Virus record (IMG/VR): IMGVR_UViG_3300017732_000001
DNA: 62,011 nucleotides
Source of the DNA: an uncultured virus (IMG/VR IMGVR_UViG_3300017732_000001)
Taxonomy: Duplodnaviria; Heunggongvirae; Uroviricota; Caudoviricetes
Strand: one strand, 5' to 3'
Shown here: piece by piece, positions 39,067 through 47,455 of the stretch
How positions within the stretch are numbered: the first letter of the stretch is position 1
How the letters are laid out: the number at the start of each line of letters is the position of its first letter
Notes under the pieces: generated by a model
The model's database searches: none
Told to the model about the DNA's origin: nothing
Seen by the model: only the letters and a program-made list of their open reading frames with translations
Position numbers and translations under genes: made by a program

Positions 39067-41366
39067 ACGTAATTAAAAGAGACGGTATCGCCGTCCCTCT
39101 CAACCTTGACAAGGTACACAAGATGGTTGAGTTAGCGTGTGATGGTCTCACTGGTGTAAGTGAATCACAAGTTGAGATGAATGCCAATCTACAGTTCTTT
39201 GATGGCATCAAGACATCCGAAATCCAAGATATTCTTATTCGCTCAGCGAGTGATCTAATCGATTTAGACGCTCCAAATTATCAGTATGTAGCAGCACGTC
39301 TCCTTCTGTTTAACGTACGCAAGCAGGTCTTTCCAGAGTGGGCAGACGAGGTTGGTTATCCACATCTCCAAGACCACGTACAGCGTTGTGTAGACGCAGG
39401 AGTATATGATGGCAGCATCCTAAATAAATATAGTCCTATAGAGTGGGATTGTCTGAATAGTTATATTGACCACGAACGTTGTATGGGTTTTACCTTTGCA
39501 GGGTTGAGACAAATTGTAGATAAGTATCTAGTACAGGATAGAAGCACTGGGATTCTTTATGAGACACCTCAGTATATGTACATTATGGTTGCGGCAACAC
39601 TCTTTCAAGACTATCCAAAAAATTCTAGACTTGAATATGTACAACGATACTACACAGCAACCTCCAAAGGGAAAATCAACCTCCCAACGCCAGTGCTCGC
39701 AGGAGTTCGGACAACACTTCGTCAATTTGCATCTTGTGTTCTCGTTGATGTTGATGACACCCTCGATGGTATCTTTAGCAGTGATATGGCTATTGGTAAA
39801 TACGTCGCACAACGTGCTGGTATCGGTATCAACGCAGGCAGAATCCGTGGCATCAACGCTAAAATCAGAGGTGGAGAGGTACAGCACACAGGTGTTATCC
39901 CCTTCCTCAAAAAGTTTGAATCAACTGTACGTTGCTGCACGCAAAACGGTATCAGAGGTGGTTCTGCTACAGTTCATTTTCCTATCTGGCACCAAGAAAT
40001 AGAAGATATTCTTGTTCTCAAGAACAACAAAGGAACTGAAGATAACAGAGTCAGGAAACTTGACTACTCTATTCAGATCAGTAAACTGTTCTATGAAAGA
40101 TTCATTCAGAATGCGACGATCTCTTTATTCAGTCCTCACGATGTCCCTGGTCTATATGATGCTTTTGGGACTGATGATTTCGATGCTCTCTATGAGAAGT
40201 ACGAGCAGGACGAAACGATTACTAGACGCACCATTGATGCATCGCAAATTGTTCTCTCACTATTGAAAGAGAGAGCAGAGACTGGTCGTATTTACATTAT
40301 GAATATTGACCACTGCAATAGTCACTCTTCATTCAAAGATAAGGTTAGTATGTCTAACCTCTGTCAGGAGATCACTCTTCCTACAGATCCTATCTCTCAC
40401 ATTGATGATGACGGTGGTGAGATTGCATTGTGCATCCTCTCTGCTATCAACGTGGGTAAACTTCGTAACCTCAATGAGATGGAGGAACTATGTGACCTTG
40501 CAGTACGTGGTCTTGAAGAACTAATTGAATATCAAAATTATCCTGTTAAGGCAGCAGAACGTTCTACTCTTGCACGTAGATCACTTGGTGTTGGTTACAT
40601 TGGACTAGCACATTACCTTGCTAAGAATGGTTTTAATTATGCTGATCAAGGTGCTTGGGATCTAGTTCATAGACTAACTGAGTCCTTCCAATTCAATCTA
40701 CTTAAGGCATCCAATGCTATCGCTATGGAGAAGGGTGCGTGTGAAGGTTTCCAACATACAAAGTATGCCGATGGAATTCTTCCCATCGATACATATAAGA
40801 GCGAGGTAGATGAAATTTCTAACGTAGAACTTGCATATGATTGGGATAGTCTTAGGGAATCTATCAAACAGTTCGGACTCAGGCACAGCACTCTGTCCGC
40901 ACAAATGCCTTCGGAGAGTAGTTCCGTTGTGTCAAACGCAACCAATGGAATCGAACCACCTAGAGACTACCTGTCCATTAAAAAATCAAAGAAAGGACCT
41001 CTTAAGCAGATTGTTCCAGGTTTCCCGTACTTAAAAAATAAGTACACTCTACTATGGGAAATGCCTTCCAATGAAGGTTATATTAAAATCGTCGCTGTGA
41101 TGCAAAAGTTTTTTGACCAAGCAATCAGTGGCAACTGGAGTTATAATCCAGGAAATTATCCCGATAACGAAGTACCCTCTTCCGTTATGGCAATGGACCT
41201 ATTGAACACATACAAATACGGTTGGAAAACATCCTACTACCAGAACACTTATGACAATAAGAAAGATGGTGAGGAAGAACCAACAGTGCAAATCACAAAC
41301 AACGTAGATCAACTAGTAAACGAACTATTGGAGGCAGAGGAAGACTGTGACAGTTGCAAAGTTTAA
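39063..41366 (+). CDS. nrdA: Ribonucleotide reductase class Ia alpha subunit
   Basis: ATP cone (VIKRDG), ASCVL, SNLCQEI, MPSESSS and C-terminal CDSC; uninterrupted. Confidence 0.97.
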   Translation: MNVIKRDGIAVPLNLDKVHKMVELACDGLTGVSESQVEMNANLQFFDGIKTSEIQDILIRSASDLIDLDAPNYQYVAARLLLFNVRKQVFPEWADEVGYPHLQDHVQRCVDAGVYDGSILNKYSPIEWDCLNSYIDHERCMGFTFAGLRQIVDKYLVQDRSTGILYETPQYMYIMVAATLFQDYPKNSRLEYVQRYYTATSKGKINLPTPVLAGVRTTLRQFASCVLVDVDDTLDGIFSSDMAIGKYVAQRAGIGINAGRIRGINAKIRGGEVQHTGVIPFLKKFESTVRCCTQNGIRGGSATVHFPIWHQEIEDILVLKNNKGTEDNRVRKLDYSIQISKLFYERFIQNATISLFSPHDVPGLYDAFGTDDFDALYEKYEQDETITRRTIDASQIVLSLLKERAETGRIYIMNIDHCNSHSSFKDKVSMSNLCQEITLPTDPISHIDDDGGEIALCILSAINVGKLRNLNEMEELCDLAVRGLEELIEYQNYPVKAAERSTLARRSLGVGYIGLAHYLAKNGFNYADQGAWDLVHRLTESFQFNLLKASNAIAMEKGACEGFQHTKYADGILPIDTYKSEVDEISNVELAYDWDSLRESIKQFGLRHSTLSAQMPSESSSVVSNATNGIEPPRDYLSIKKSKKGPLKQIVPGFPYLKNKYTLLWEMPSNEGYIKIVAVMQKFFDQAISGNWSYNPGNYPDNEVPSSVMAMDLLNTYKYGWKTSYYQNTYDNKKDGEEEPTVQITNNVDQLVNELLEAEEDCDSCKV

Positions 41367-42540
41367 AATCTCCGAAGGAGATCAACGACCCAAGAAAGGC
41401 ATCGACAAAATTACAGTATTTAATAAAACGAAACACGATACAAAAAAGCAACCAATGTTCTTCGGACAACCTCTTGGTGTCCAGAGATATGATGCGTTTA
41501 AGTATCCTGTGTTTGATAGACTAACCAATTCACAATTAGGATTCTTTTGGAGACCCGAAGAGGTATCTCTCCAGAAGGATCGCTCTGACTTTCAAGACTT
41601 ATCTGATGCACAGAAGCACATCTTTACTAGCAATCTAAGGTACCAGATCCTCTTGGACTCTGTACAAGGTCGTGGTCCTGGAATGGCATTCATTCCATAT
41701 TGCTCACTACCTGAACTTGAGTCTGCGATGATTGCGTGGGAGTTTATGGAGATGATCCATAGTCGCTCTTACACATACATCATCAAAAATGTTTATGCAA
41801 ACCCTGAAGAGATCTTTGATACTATTCTTGATGACGAGAAGATCGTCGCACGTGCTAAGTCTGTGACTGAAGCATATGATGAGTTCATCAACTACGCACA
41901 GGAATGGGGACAAGGCAACTGGTGGAAGTCAGATTGGAAAGATTCTCCTTCTGCATTCTGGGAGAAGAAAGAACTCAAGCGTAGACTCTATAGAGCAGTT
42001 ATGAATGTGAATATCCTTGAGGGTATTCGCTTCTATGTTTCATTCGCTTGCTCTTTTGGATTTGGTGAACTTAAAAAGATGGAAGGATCTGCTAAGATCA
42101 TTTCACTTATCGCACGCGATGAGTCACAGCACCTTGTACTTACTCAGAATATTTTGAACAAGTGGAAGGAAGGTGACGATCCTGATATGATCGACATCAT
42201 CAAAGAAGAAAAGCAGAACGTCTTGGAAATGTTCCAACGTTGTGTAGAAGAGGAGAAAGATTGGGCAGAGTATCTGTTCAAAGATGGTTCTATGATCGGA
42301 CTCAATGCTAAACTTCTCGGACAATATGTTGAGTGGACTGCTAATCGTAGGATGAAGGCAATCGGTATCGATCCTATCTACGATATTCCTGCTAGAAACA
42401 ATCCACTTCCTTGGACAAATCATTGGTTGAACTCTAAAGGTCAACAGAATGCACCACAGGAAACTGAGATTGAATCCTATGTTGTAGGAGCAATTAAACA
42501 AGACATCAAAAAAGATACATTCTCTGGATTCAAACTTTAA
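41347..42540 (+). CDS. nrdB: Ribonucleotide reductase class Ia beta subunit
   Basis: FFWRPEE, DSVQGR, EMIHSRSY, EGIRFY and RDESQH. Confidence 0.97.
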   Translation: MTVAKFKISEGDQRPKKGIDKITVFNKTKHDTKKQPMFFGQPLGVQRYDAFKYPVFDRLTNSQLGFFWRPEEVSLQKDRSDFQDLSDAQKHIFTSNLRYQILLDSVQGRGPGMAFIPYCSLPELESAMIAWEFMEMIHSRSYTYIIKNVYANPEEIFDTILDDEKIVARAKSVTEAYDEFINYAQEWGQGNWWKSDWKDSPSAFWEKKELKRRLYRAVMNVNILEGIRFYVSFACSFGFGELKKMEGSAKIISLIARDESQHLVLTQNILNKWKEGDDPDMIDIIKEEKQNVLEMFQRCVEEEKDWAEYLFKDGSMIGLNAKLLGQYVEWTANRRMKAIGIDPIYDIPARNNPLPWTNHWLNSKGQQNAPQETEIESYVVGAIKQDIKKDTFSGFKL

Positions 42541-42542
42541 TT

Positions 42543-43172
42543 ATGTTTATTGGTGAAGTCCCGACCTCTGTGTCGGAACCCATCAAGGCAAGACTATTGA
42601 ATAGTCCTTATTGGCCTTGGTATATGATTACTGAAACAACTGGGTATGATCCTAAGTTCAATGATTCTATCCCCGATGAAATGTCGGGGGAGGATCCTCA
42701 GTTTCAACACACAGTAGTAAACAATCAAGGAGAGATCTCTTCCCAACACGCTTGGGATATTGTTGTCGAACCTTTGTGGAAACATATATCTGAAAACTTT
42801 TCCGATGAACTTGGAGACTTTGAAAAGTTCAGACGTATCAAAATCAATCTATTAACTAGGAAAGAGTCAAAGCATTTATACCATACACCACACGTGGATT
42901 ATGATTTTCCACATATGACGTTGTTGTATTATGTGAATGACTCGGATGGTCCTACGTTCTTCTTCAATGAAACGTATGATGGATCACGTAAAAAACTGAC
43001 GATGAAAACTAAGATCGAACCACGTCAAGGGAGGTTTGTTATCTTTGACGGTCATAATTTTCACGCGAGCAGTAATCCGCAATACAATGACTATCGATGC
43101 ATAATCAATTTAAATTACATCTCAAGTTCCTCGGGCAACTTAAGCGGGATCTTAAACGAGATAAGGGCATAG
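42543..43172 (+). CDS. 2OG-Fe(II) oxygenase (HxD type)
   Basis: HTPHVD..YYVNDSDGPT..FDGHNFHAS..R.IINLN. Confidence 0.8.
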   Translation: MFIGEVPTSVSEPIKARLLNSPYWPWYMITETTGYDPKFNDSIPDEMSGEDPQFQHTVVNNQGEISSQHAWDIVVEPLWKHISENFSDELGDFEKFRRIKINLLTRKESKHLYHTPHVDYDFPHMTLLYYVNDSDGPTFFFNETYDGSRKKLTMKTKIEPRQGRFVIFDGHNFHASSNPQYNDYRCIINLNYISSSSGNLSGILNEIRA

Positions 43173-43234
43173 GCACGCAGACGCAGTACCGTACCAACAG
43201 GAAGCGTAACAAAAAGAAAAAGATTGCTAAATAA
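43097..43234 (+). CDS. Possible 45-aa highly basic peptide
   Basis: MHNQFKLHLKFLGQLKRDLKR...RKRNKKKKIAK; overlaps the oxygenase 3' end. Confidence 0.4.
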   Translation: MHNQFKLHLKFLGQLKRDLKRDKGIGTQTQYRTNRKRNKKKKIAK

Positions 43235-43259
43235 TACAGGATATGTTATCATATCCATA

Positions 43260-43533
43260 CGTTCATCTCGCAAGAGACGCAAGTAAGTCGCGGAACGGAG
43301 CGTTCATCCCTATGTTTGGACCATTATTATGTTAATGCATCTAATGATTTTAGCGTATTCAGATCTCCATTGTGTCGATGCTGCTGTACTGATAGGTAGA
43401 GTTGCTAAGCACGAACAGTTATCTAGACAGGTAAAGGTTGAGATCGTTCAAACCATTCAGGAATCAACTCCTGAGTGTCCGTGGGACGCAAACGACTAAA
43501 GGAACGGACCTAAAAATCCAACTACTTTAGGAG
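43260..43533 (+). ncRNA. Glutamine-riboswitch-like (glnA / Downstream-peptide class) double aptamer with an enclosed ORF
   Basis: Two CGTTCATC starts (43260, 43301), two GACGCAA junctions and two GGAACG ends (43292, 43501); RBS-sequestering CCTAAA/TTTAGG; lies upstream of YRG peptide genes. Confidence 0.72.
43329..43499 (+). CDS. 56-aa ORF nested in the RNA (MLMHLMILAY...ECPWDAND)
   Basis: Read manually; two Cys; its last codons are aptamer nucleotides. Confidence 0.6.
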   Translation: MLMHLMILAYSDLHCVDAAVLIGRVAKHEQLSRQVKVEIVQTIQESTPECPWDAND

Positions 43534-43540
43534 TAACCAA

Positions 43541-43684
43541 ATGGAACTTATCACGTATAGAGGCGTTAAGTATAACGCCAAAGAGTACAAAGCAAAGGTA
43601 CTTGCCGAAGCATCATCAAACCGCAACCACGATTTGATGTACAGAGGCGTCAAAGTTGAACGCAAGTTCGCATCAAAGAGTTAA
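43541..43684 (+). CDS. DUF4278-like YRG peptide (47 aa)
   Basis: MELITYRGVKY...LMYRGVKV; AGGAG Shine-Dalgarno. Confidence 0.8.
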   Translation: MELITYRGVKYNAKEYKAKVLAEASSNRNHDLMYRGVKVERKFASKS

Positions 43685-43685
43685 G

Positions 43686-43793
43686 ATGGATCTATCATCA
43701 CCGCTAATGGTGGTGGGACTCATAACATTGGGATCTGCCACGTTCCTAACCTTAATCTATGCAGAAGTAAAATTCTTGCACCAGTGGGGTTAG
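43686..43793 (+). CDS. 35-aa single-pass membrane micropeptide
   Basis: MDLSSPLMVVGLITLGSATFLTLIYAEVKFLHQWG. Confidence 0.6.
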   Translation: MDLSSPLMVVGLITLGSATFLTLIYAEVKFLHQWG

Positions 43794-43797
43794 GACC

Positions 43798-43956
43798 GTG
43801 CGACTCAAGATCTCAATAGATTATGGGTTGCCAGAGTATGACGAGAATAAACACAATCCCGAAAAGGTCTTCGCCTTTCTTTGCTATCGGGGAGTGTACT
43901 ATGCCAAATGGTGTAAAATAAACTTGTCATTCAATCAAAACACTTCGGTCAAATAA
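43798..43956 (+). CDS. 52-aa peptide with a YRGV motif (GTG start)
   Basis: ..FAFLCYRGVYYAKW..; ends just before the terminator. Confidence 0.6.
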   Translation: MRLKISIDYGLPEYDENKHNPEKVFAFLCYRGVYYAKWCKINLSFNQNTSVK

Positions 43957-43969
43957 CTTCGTGAAACGC

Positions 43970-43994
43970 ACACCCTTTTCAAGGGTGTTTTTTT
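43970..43994 (+). terminator. Rho-independent terminator
   Basis: ACACCCTT-ttc-AAGGGTGT-T run. Confidence 0.75.
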
Positions 43995-44036
43995 ATGCTA
44001 GGATATATAATATTAATATAATAAGGTACTACCCGA

Positions 44037-44705
44037 ATGAAAATCTTCCTAGATTGTTCGGACCCCGAACTTATCCATCACGCAATGGAAACTTGTCTCA
44101 TTGATGGTGTAACTACTAACCCTTCTCTTATGTTGAAGGCAGGTAGGAAACCTAGAGACGTGATCCAAGAAATCAGTGATCTTTTTTCTTGGGATGCTTC
44201 AATCTCTGCAGAAGTTATGGGCGATACAGCAGAAGAAATGATTGAAGCAGCAAATGAATACTATAGTATTGCCCCCAACGTCACAGTTAAACTTCCCTGT
44301 ACAAGGGAGGGACTGATTGCCTGTAGTGATCTCTCATCCGATGGTATCAGTACAAACGTAACCTTAATTTTCTCAGTCTCACAAGCAATCCTCGCTGCAA
44401 AAGCAGGAGCATCTATGATGTCTCCTTTTGTTGGTAGACTGAATGACAATTCTTTCTCAGGTATATCACTAGTTCAAGCAATCTCTAGAGTCTATCGTAT
44501 GCACGATGTAGATACAGAGATCCTTGCTGCATCTGTACGCGAAGTGCACCAAGTCGCACGTTGTTTTGATGCAGGAGCAGACATTGTGACTATGCCATAT
44601 CAAGTGTTCAATAAAATGTACAACCATATCTTGACAGACAATGGTCTAGAGAGATTTGAGAAAGACTGGGCAGAACTACAGAACCAATTACATATTGACG
44701 AATGA
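44037..44705 (+). CDS. talC: Transaldolase TalC
   Basis: IFLD, GVTTNPSL, VKLP, NVTLIFS, SPFVGRL and AASVR. Confidence 0.95.
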   Translation: MKIFLDCSDPELIHHAMETCLIDGVTTNPSLMLKAGRKPRDVIQEISDLFSWDASISAEVMGDTAEEMIEAANEYYSIAPNVTVKLPCTREGLIACSDLSSDGISTNVTLIFSVSQAILAAKAGASMMSPFVGRLNDNSFSGISLVQAISRVYRMHDVDTEILAASVREVHQVARCFDAGADIVTMPYQVFNKMYNHILTDNGLERFEKDWAELQNQLHIDE

Positions 44706-44872
44706 AACTCTGGAAACAAAAAGTAAACATCCCTGATGTTGGCGAGGTCTTCGTGGAAGCGGAGACCAAATTTCCTTGGGAAGTGAAGGGACATATTGAG
44801 CGTATCCTCAAAATGGACCACGGAATTTCAAAGTTTGATATGATAGGTGCCCCCGAAGAAGTGAACAAATGA
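44702..44872 (+). CDS. Small hypothetical protein (56 aa)
   Basis: Read manually; ATGA-coupled to talC. Confidence 0.55.
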   Translation: MKLWKQKVNIPDVGEVFVEAETKFPWEVKGHIERILKMDHGISKFDMIGAPEEVNK

Positions 44873-44952
44873 TTTACCTCAAGGCACTTATGTTATTCTC
44901 ATCCATCTCCTTGTTTTGTTACTGGGGGATTACCAATGCAGGACCTACCTAA
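44869..44952 (+). CDS. 27-aa membrane micropeptide
   Basis: MIYLKALMLFSSISLFCYWGITNAGPT; coupled at both ends. Confidence 0.5.
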   Translation: MIYLKALMLFSSISLFCYWGITNAGPT

Positions 44953-45119
44953 TGCAAAAGAAAAATCTAAAGACACTCATCCACGACATTGAGATAGCAC
45001 TAGCAGAACTCAAGTCCGAAGTCTATTCCGATACATATGCATACCGTATAAGTAGTTCGGATAATGACAGACAAACAACCTATCGTGACATCAACGACGA
45101 AGACGGGATCTGCGATTGA
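44952..45119 (+). CDS. Small hypothetical protein
   Basis: LAELKSEVYSD motif; TAATG coupling. Confidence 0.65.
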   Translation: MQKKNLKTLIHDIEIALAELKSEVYSDTYAYRISSSDNDRQTTYRDINDEDGICD

Positions 45120-45555
45120 CTATGAGAACCCCTGGATATTTGAAGGAACCCCTTTTCTATCTGAGAACATTGACCCTTATTTCGGTTTTGTCTATCGGAT
45201 TACAAACCTTCAAAGTGGCAAGCAATATATCGGACGGAAGTATTTCTGGTCAAAAAGAAAACCTAGAGGTAAGACTAGGAGAGTTACAACTGAAAGCGAC
45301 TGGAAAAAATACTACGGCAGTTGTCCTGAACTTACTCAAGATATTAAACTCCTCGGACGTGGAGCATTCAAACGAGAGATACTCTCCCTACACCTTACGG
45401 GAGGTAAAACAAATTATGAAGAGACAAAACAACTCTTCATCAACGGTGTCCTCACAGAGTGTGACGGATCAAAAAAACCTGCCTTCTACAACTCCAACAT
45501 TCTAGGTAGGTACTACAGAAAAGATTACTTCCCACACCCCTTGACTTCAGAGTAA
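45064..45555 (+). CDS. GIY-YIG endonuclease
   Basis: FGFVYRITN..KQYIGRK..YYGS..FKREIL..YNSNI. Confidence 0.85.
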   Translation: MTDKQPIVTSTTKTGSAIDYENPWIFEGTPFLSENIDPYFGFVYRITNLQSGKQYIGRKYFWSKRKPRGKTRRVTTESDWKKYYGSCPELTQDIKLLGRGAFKREILSLHLTGGKTNYEETKQLFINGVLTECDGSKKPAFYNSNILGRYYRKDYFPHPLTSE

Positions 45556-45596
45556 ACCTGATATATAGTATGCTCTGTAGTTCGAAGGCAAGAACA

Positions 45597-45755
45597 ATGT
45601 CCTCCTTTAAAACGGATGATTACGATTCTAAAAATCAATTTCTCACATCTACAATAGAGGTTTTGATTGACAAGATGCACGAACATCTAGCAGAGAAAGA
45701 ATTTAATAGGGCGAAGGTTATCGCAGAGCGTATTGCTCAACTACAAAAACAGTAG
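45597..45755 (+). CDS. Small hypothetical protein
   Basis: Downstream of a TTGACT...TATAGT promoter-like sequence. Confidence 0.55.
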   Translation: MSSFKTDDYDSKNQFLTSTIEVLIDKMHEHLAEKEFNRAKVIAERIAQLQKQ

Positions 45756-45763
45756 ATGCTTGA

Positions 45764-45837
45764 GGTCCAGTAGCTCAGTGGAATAGAGCAACTGCCTTCT
45801 AAGCAGTCGGTCGATGGTTCGAATCCATCCTGGATCG
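45764..45837 (+). tRNA. tRNA-Arg(UCU)
   Basis: GGTCCAG/CTGGATC acceptor stem, ACTGC-CTTCTAA-GCAGT anticodon arm and GGTTCGAATCC; CCA not encoded. Confidence 0.95.
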
Positions 45838-45879
45838 TTCCCTTCGGGGATTTATAGTCTAGTAGTACGAGGTAGCATT

Positions 45880-46080
45880 ATGCCTATCAGTAAGAGAGAC
45901 CTCAATTATTTGAGGGATGTTGTTAACGGAGACATCGCGCTTGATTACGAGAACCCATCTCTATTCAAACGTTTGTTCAAATATTACGAGTCTGTTGGTG
46001 TCCAATTCTTTGGAGATCCAGACGAGGATTACGAACTCTTTGTAGACAATCTTGCTCTAGACATTGGACCCACTTTTTAA
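45880..46080 (+). CDS. Hypothetical protein
   Basis: GAGG Shine-Dalgarno; MPISKRDLNYL. Confidence 0.65.
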   Translation: MPISKRDLNYLRDVVNGDIALDYENPSLFKRLFKYYESVGVQFFGDPDEDYELFVDNLALDIGPTF

Positions 46081-46126
46081 AGTGGCACACCGACCCTCGA
46101 CAAGAGGGTCTTTTTATGTGTATAGT
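46069..46126 (+). promoter_or_regulatory. Early-type promoter motif with terminator-like hairpin
   Basis: CCCACTT-N4-AAGTGGCAC, GACCCTC/GAGGGTC-TTTTT and TATAGT. Confidence 0.55.
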
Positions 46127-46147
46127 GATAACAGTTAAACAAATTCT

Positions 46148-46387
46148 ATGGACCTTATCCACGAACGCTATCCTTACAAGTATGTTACCTGTGGAAAACT
46201 AGAGATCAATGGCAAACCAGATTGCAGGATCCTTAAGTTCAATGAGTACACAGAACGTTACCAGACGATGTACTACTGTGACAATATGGATCAGATGATG
46301 ACTGCTATCGAAGACTTCGATTACACCAAGTGGTTGGACCCTGCAGGTGTCCCTTGCTACGAACGTGATACAGTTTCGACACAGTAA
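46148..46387 (+). CDS. Conserved cyanophage hypothetical protein
   Basis: HERYPYKYV..YTKWLDPAGVPCY. Confidence 0.75.
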   Translation: MDLIHERYPYKYVTCGKLEINGKPDCRILKFNEYTERYQTMYYCDNMDQMMTAIEDFDYTKWLDPAGVPCYERDTVSTQ

Positions 46388-46409
46388 TCAAGGTATTCTG
46401 ACTTAGGGG

Positions 46410-46454
46410 TTGACAAAAGTTTACAATCCCTATATAATTGTAACAGTTCTTAAT
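46410..46454 (+). promoter_or_regulatory. Sigma70 promoter of the hli cluster with HLR1-like boxes
   Basis: TTGACA-N17-TATAAT; TTGACAAA-AG-TTTACAAT overlaps the -35 element. Confidence 0.7.
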
Positions 46455-46463
46455 ACTTGATCA

Positions 46464-46661
46464 ATGACAACTATCACCGAACAAGGCGGAAGACAAAACA
46501 TTTTCGCTAAAGAACCTGAAATGCAGGTTATGGATGTTTCAGTTACTCATAACGAGATTGCTGAAAAACTGAATGGTAGACTAGCAATGCTTGGTTTTAC
46601 CACAGGTTTGATTTCCTATATCGCAACAGGAAACTTCTTTTTCTTTGGAATCCTTGGTTAG
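46464..46661 (+). CDS. hli: High-light-inducible protein
   Basis: AEKLNGRLAMLGF. Confidence 0.92.
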   Translation: MTTITEQGGRQNIFAKEPEMQVMDVSVTHNEIAEKLNGRLAMLGFTTGLISYIATGNFFFFGILG

Positions 46662-46665
46662 TCTA

Positions 46666-46752
46666 ATGATCAAATCAATTTTTCCTAACATCGCATTCCT
46701 CTGTGTACTAGGTTACACAGCAACTAACGGACTACCGTTCGTATTTTCTTAA
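46666..46752 (+). CDS. 28-aa hydrophobic micropeptide within the hli cluster
   Basis: MIKSIFPNIAFLCVLGYTATNGLPFVFS. Confidence 0.45.
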   Translation: MIKSIFPNIAFLCVLGYTATNGLPFVFS

Positions 46753-46773
46753 ACACCCTATCGGAGACTCACA

Positions 46774-46881
46774 ATGACACCTGAAGCAGAAAGATTTAAT
46801 GGATGGGCAGCAATGCTCGGTTTCGTAGCAGCAGTAGGCGCTTACGTTACAACTGGACAAATCATCCCTGGAATTTTCTAG
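46774..46881 (+). CDS. hli: High-light-inducible protein (35 aa)
   Basis: MTPEAERFNGWAAMLGFVAAVGAYVTTGQIIPGIF; GGAG Shine-Dalgarno. Confidence 0.93.
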   Translation: MTPEAERFNGWAAMLGFVAAVGAYVTTGQIIPGIF

Positions 46882-46882
46882 G

Positions 46883-47065
46883 ATGAGAACCAACACACAA
46901 TTCTCAGTCCCTGAGCAGAGCACACAGACCTCTGCCAAGGCAATCGCCATCGAACCACAAAAGGTTTGGGCAGAAACTTGGAACGGTAGAATAGCAATGA
47001 TCGGTTTGGTCGCTGCTGCTTGTTCTGATTTGTTAACTGGGCATATGTTCTTCGGATTATTCTGA
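46883..47065 (+). CDS. hli: High-light-inducible protein
   Basis: AETWNGRIAMIG. Confidence 0.9.
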   Translation: MRTNTQFSVPEQSTQTSAKAIAIEPQKVWAETWNGRIAMIGLVAAACSDLLTGHMFFGLF

Positions 47066-47097
47066 TAGAATAAATACGTTCAACGAAACGTATAACT

Positions 47098-47250
47098 ATG
47101 ACACCGAACCCAGACCAGTTATGGGAGGATATGGAAAAACTCAATGCACTCTATCAAGAATTGTGTTGGGAACCCGACGACCATCTGGAGTTCGGTCTGG
47201 ATGTAGTCAACTCTGAAAATGTAATCGTTATTAAAAAACGAAATGATTGA
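47098..47250 (+). CDS. Small acidic hypothetical protein (50 aa)
   Basis: MTPNPDQLWEDMEKLNALYQELCW; follows an AATAAATA late-like promoter. Confidence 0.6.
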   Translation: MTPNPDQLWEDMEKLNALYQELCWEPDDHLEFGLDVVNSENVIVIKKRND

Positions 47251-47455
47251 ACTTCTCACGTATTATGTTATCGGTGGTGCTCTCATTATTGGACCACCTG
47301 CAGTCTTTCTCATCATTGCTATGATGGGTGCTATCCAAAATACGAAAGGTCGTATGGTTGGATACAAAGACCACAAAACTTATGGCGACATCTCATTTTA
47401 CGAGAACGCACCAGTTGATCAAACGAAGTTTTATCTAGTTCTATCAAATGATTGA
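47243..47455 (+). CDS. Small membrane protein
   Basis: N-terminal hydrophobic segment. Confidence 0.65.
   Translation: MIELLTYYVIGGALIIGPPAVFLIIAMMGAIQNTKGRMVGYKDHKTYGDISFYENAPVDQTKFYLVLSND

Noticed and set aside
45064..45555. GIY-YIG gene as a mobile homing endonuclease
   Set aside because: It is short, has no recognisable C-terminal DNA-binding repeats and is not inside a gene or intron, so it is more likely a resident nuclease.
45814..45879. Upstream extension of ORF 45814-46080
   Set aside because: It overlaps the tRNA-Arg T-arm; an ATG with SD at 45880 is more plausible.
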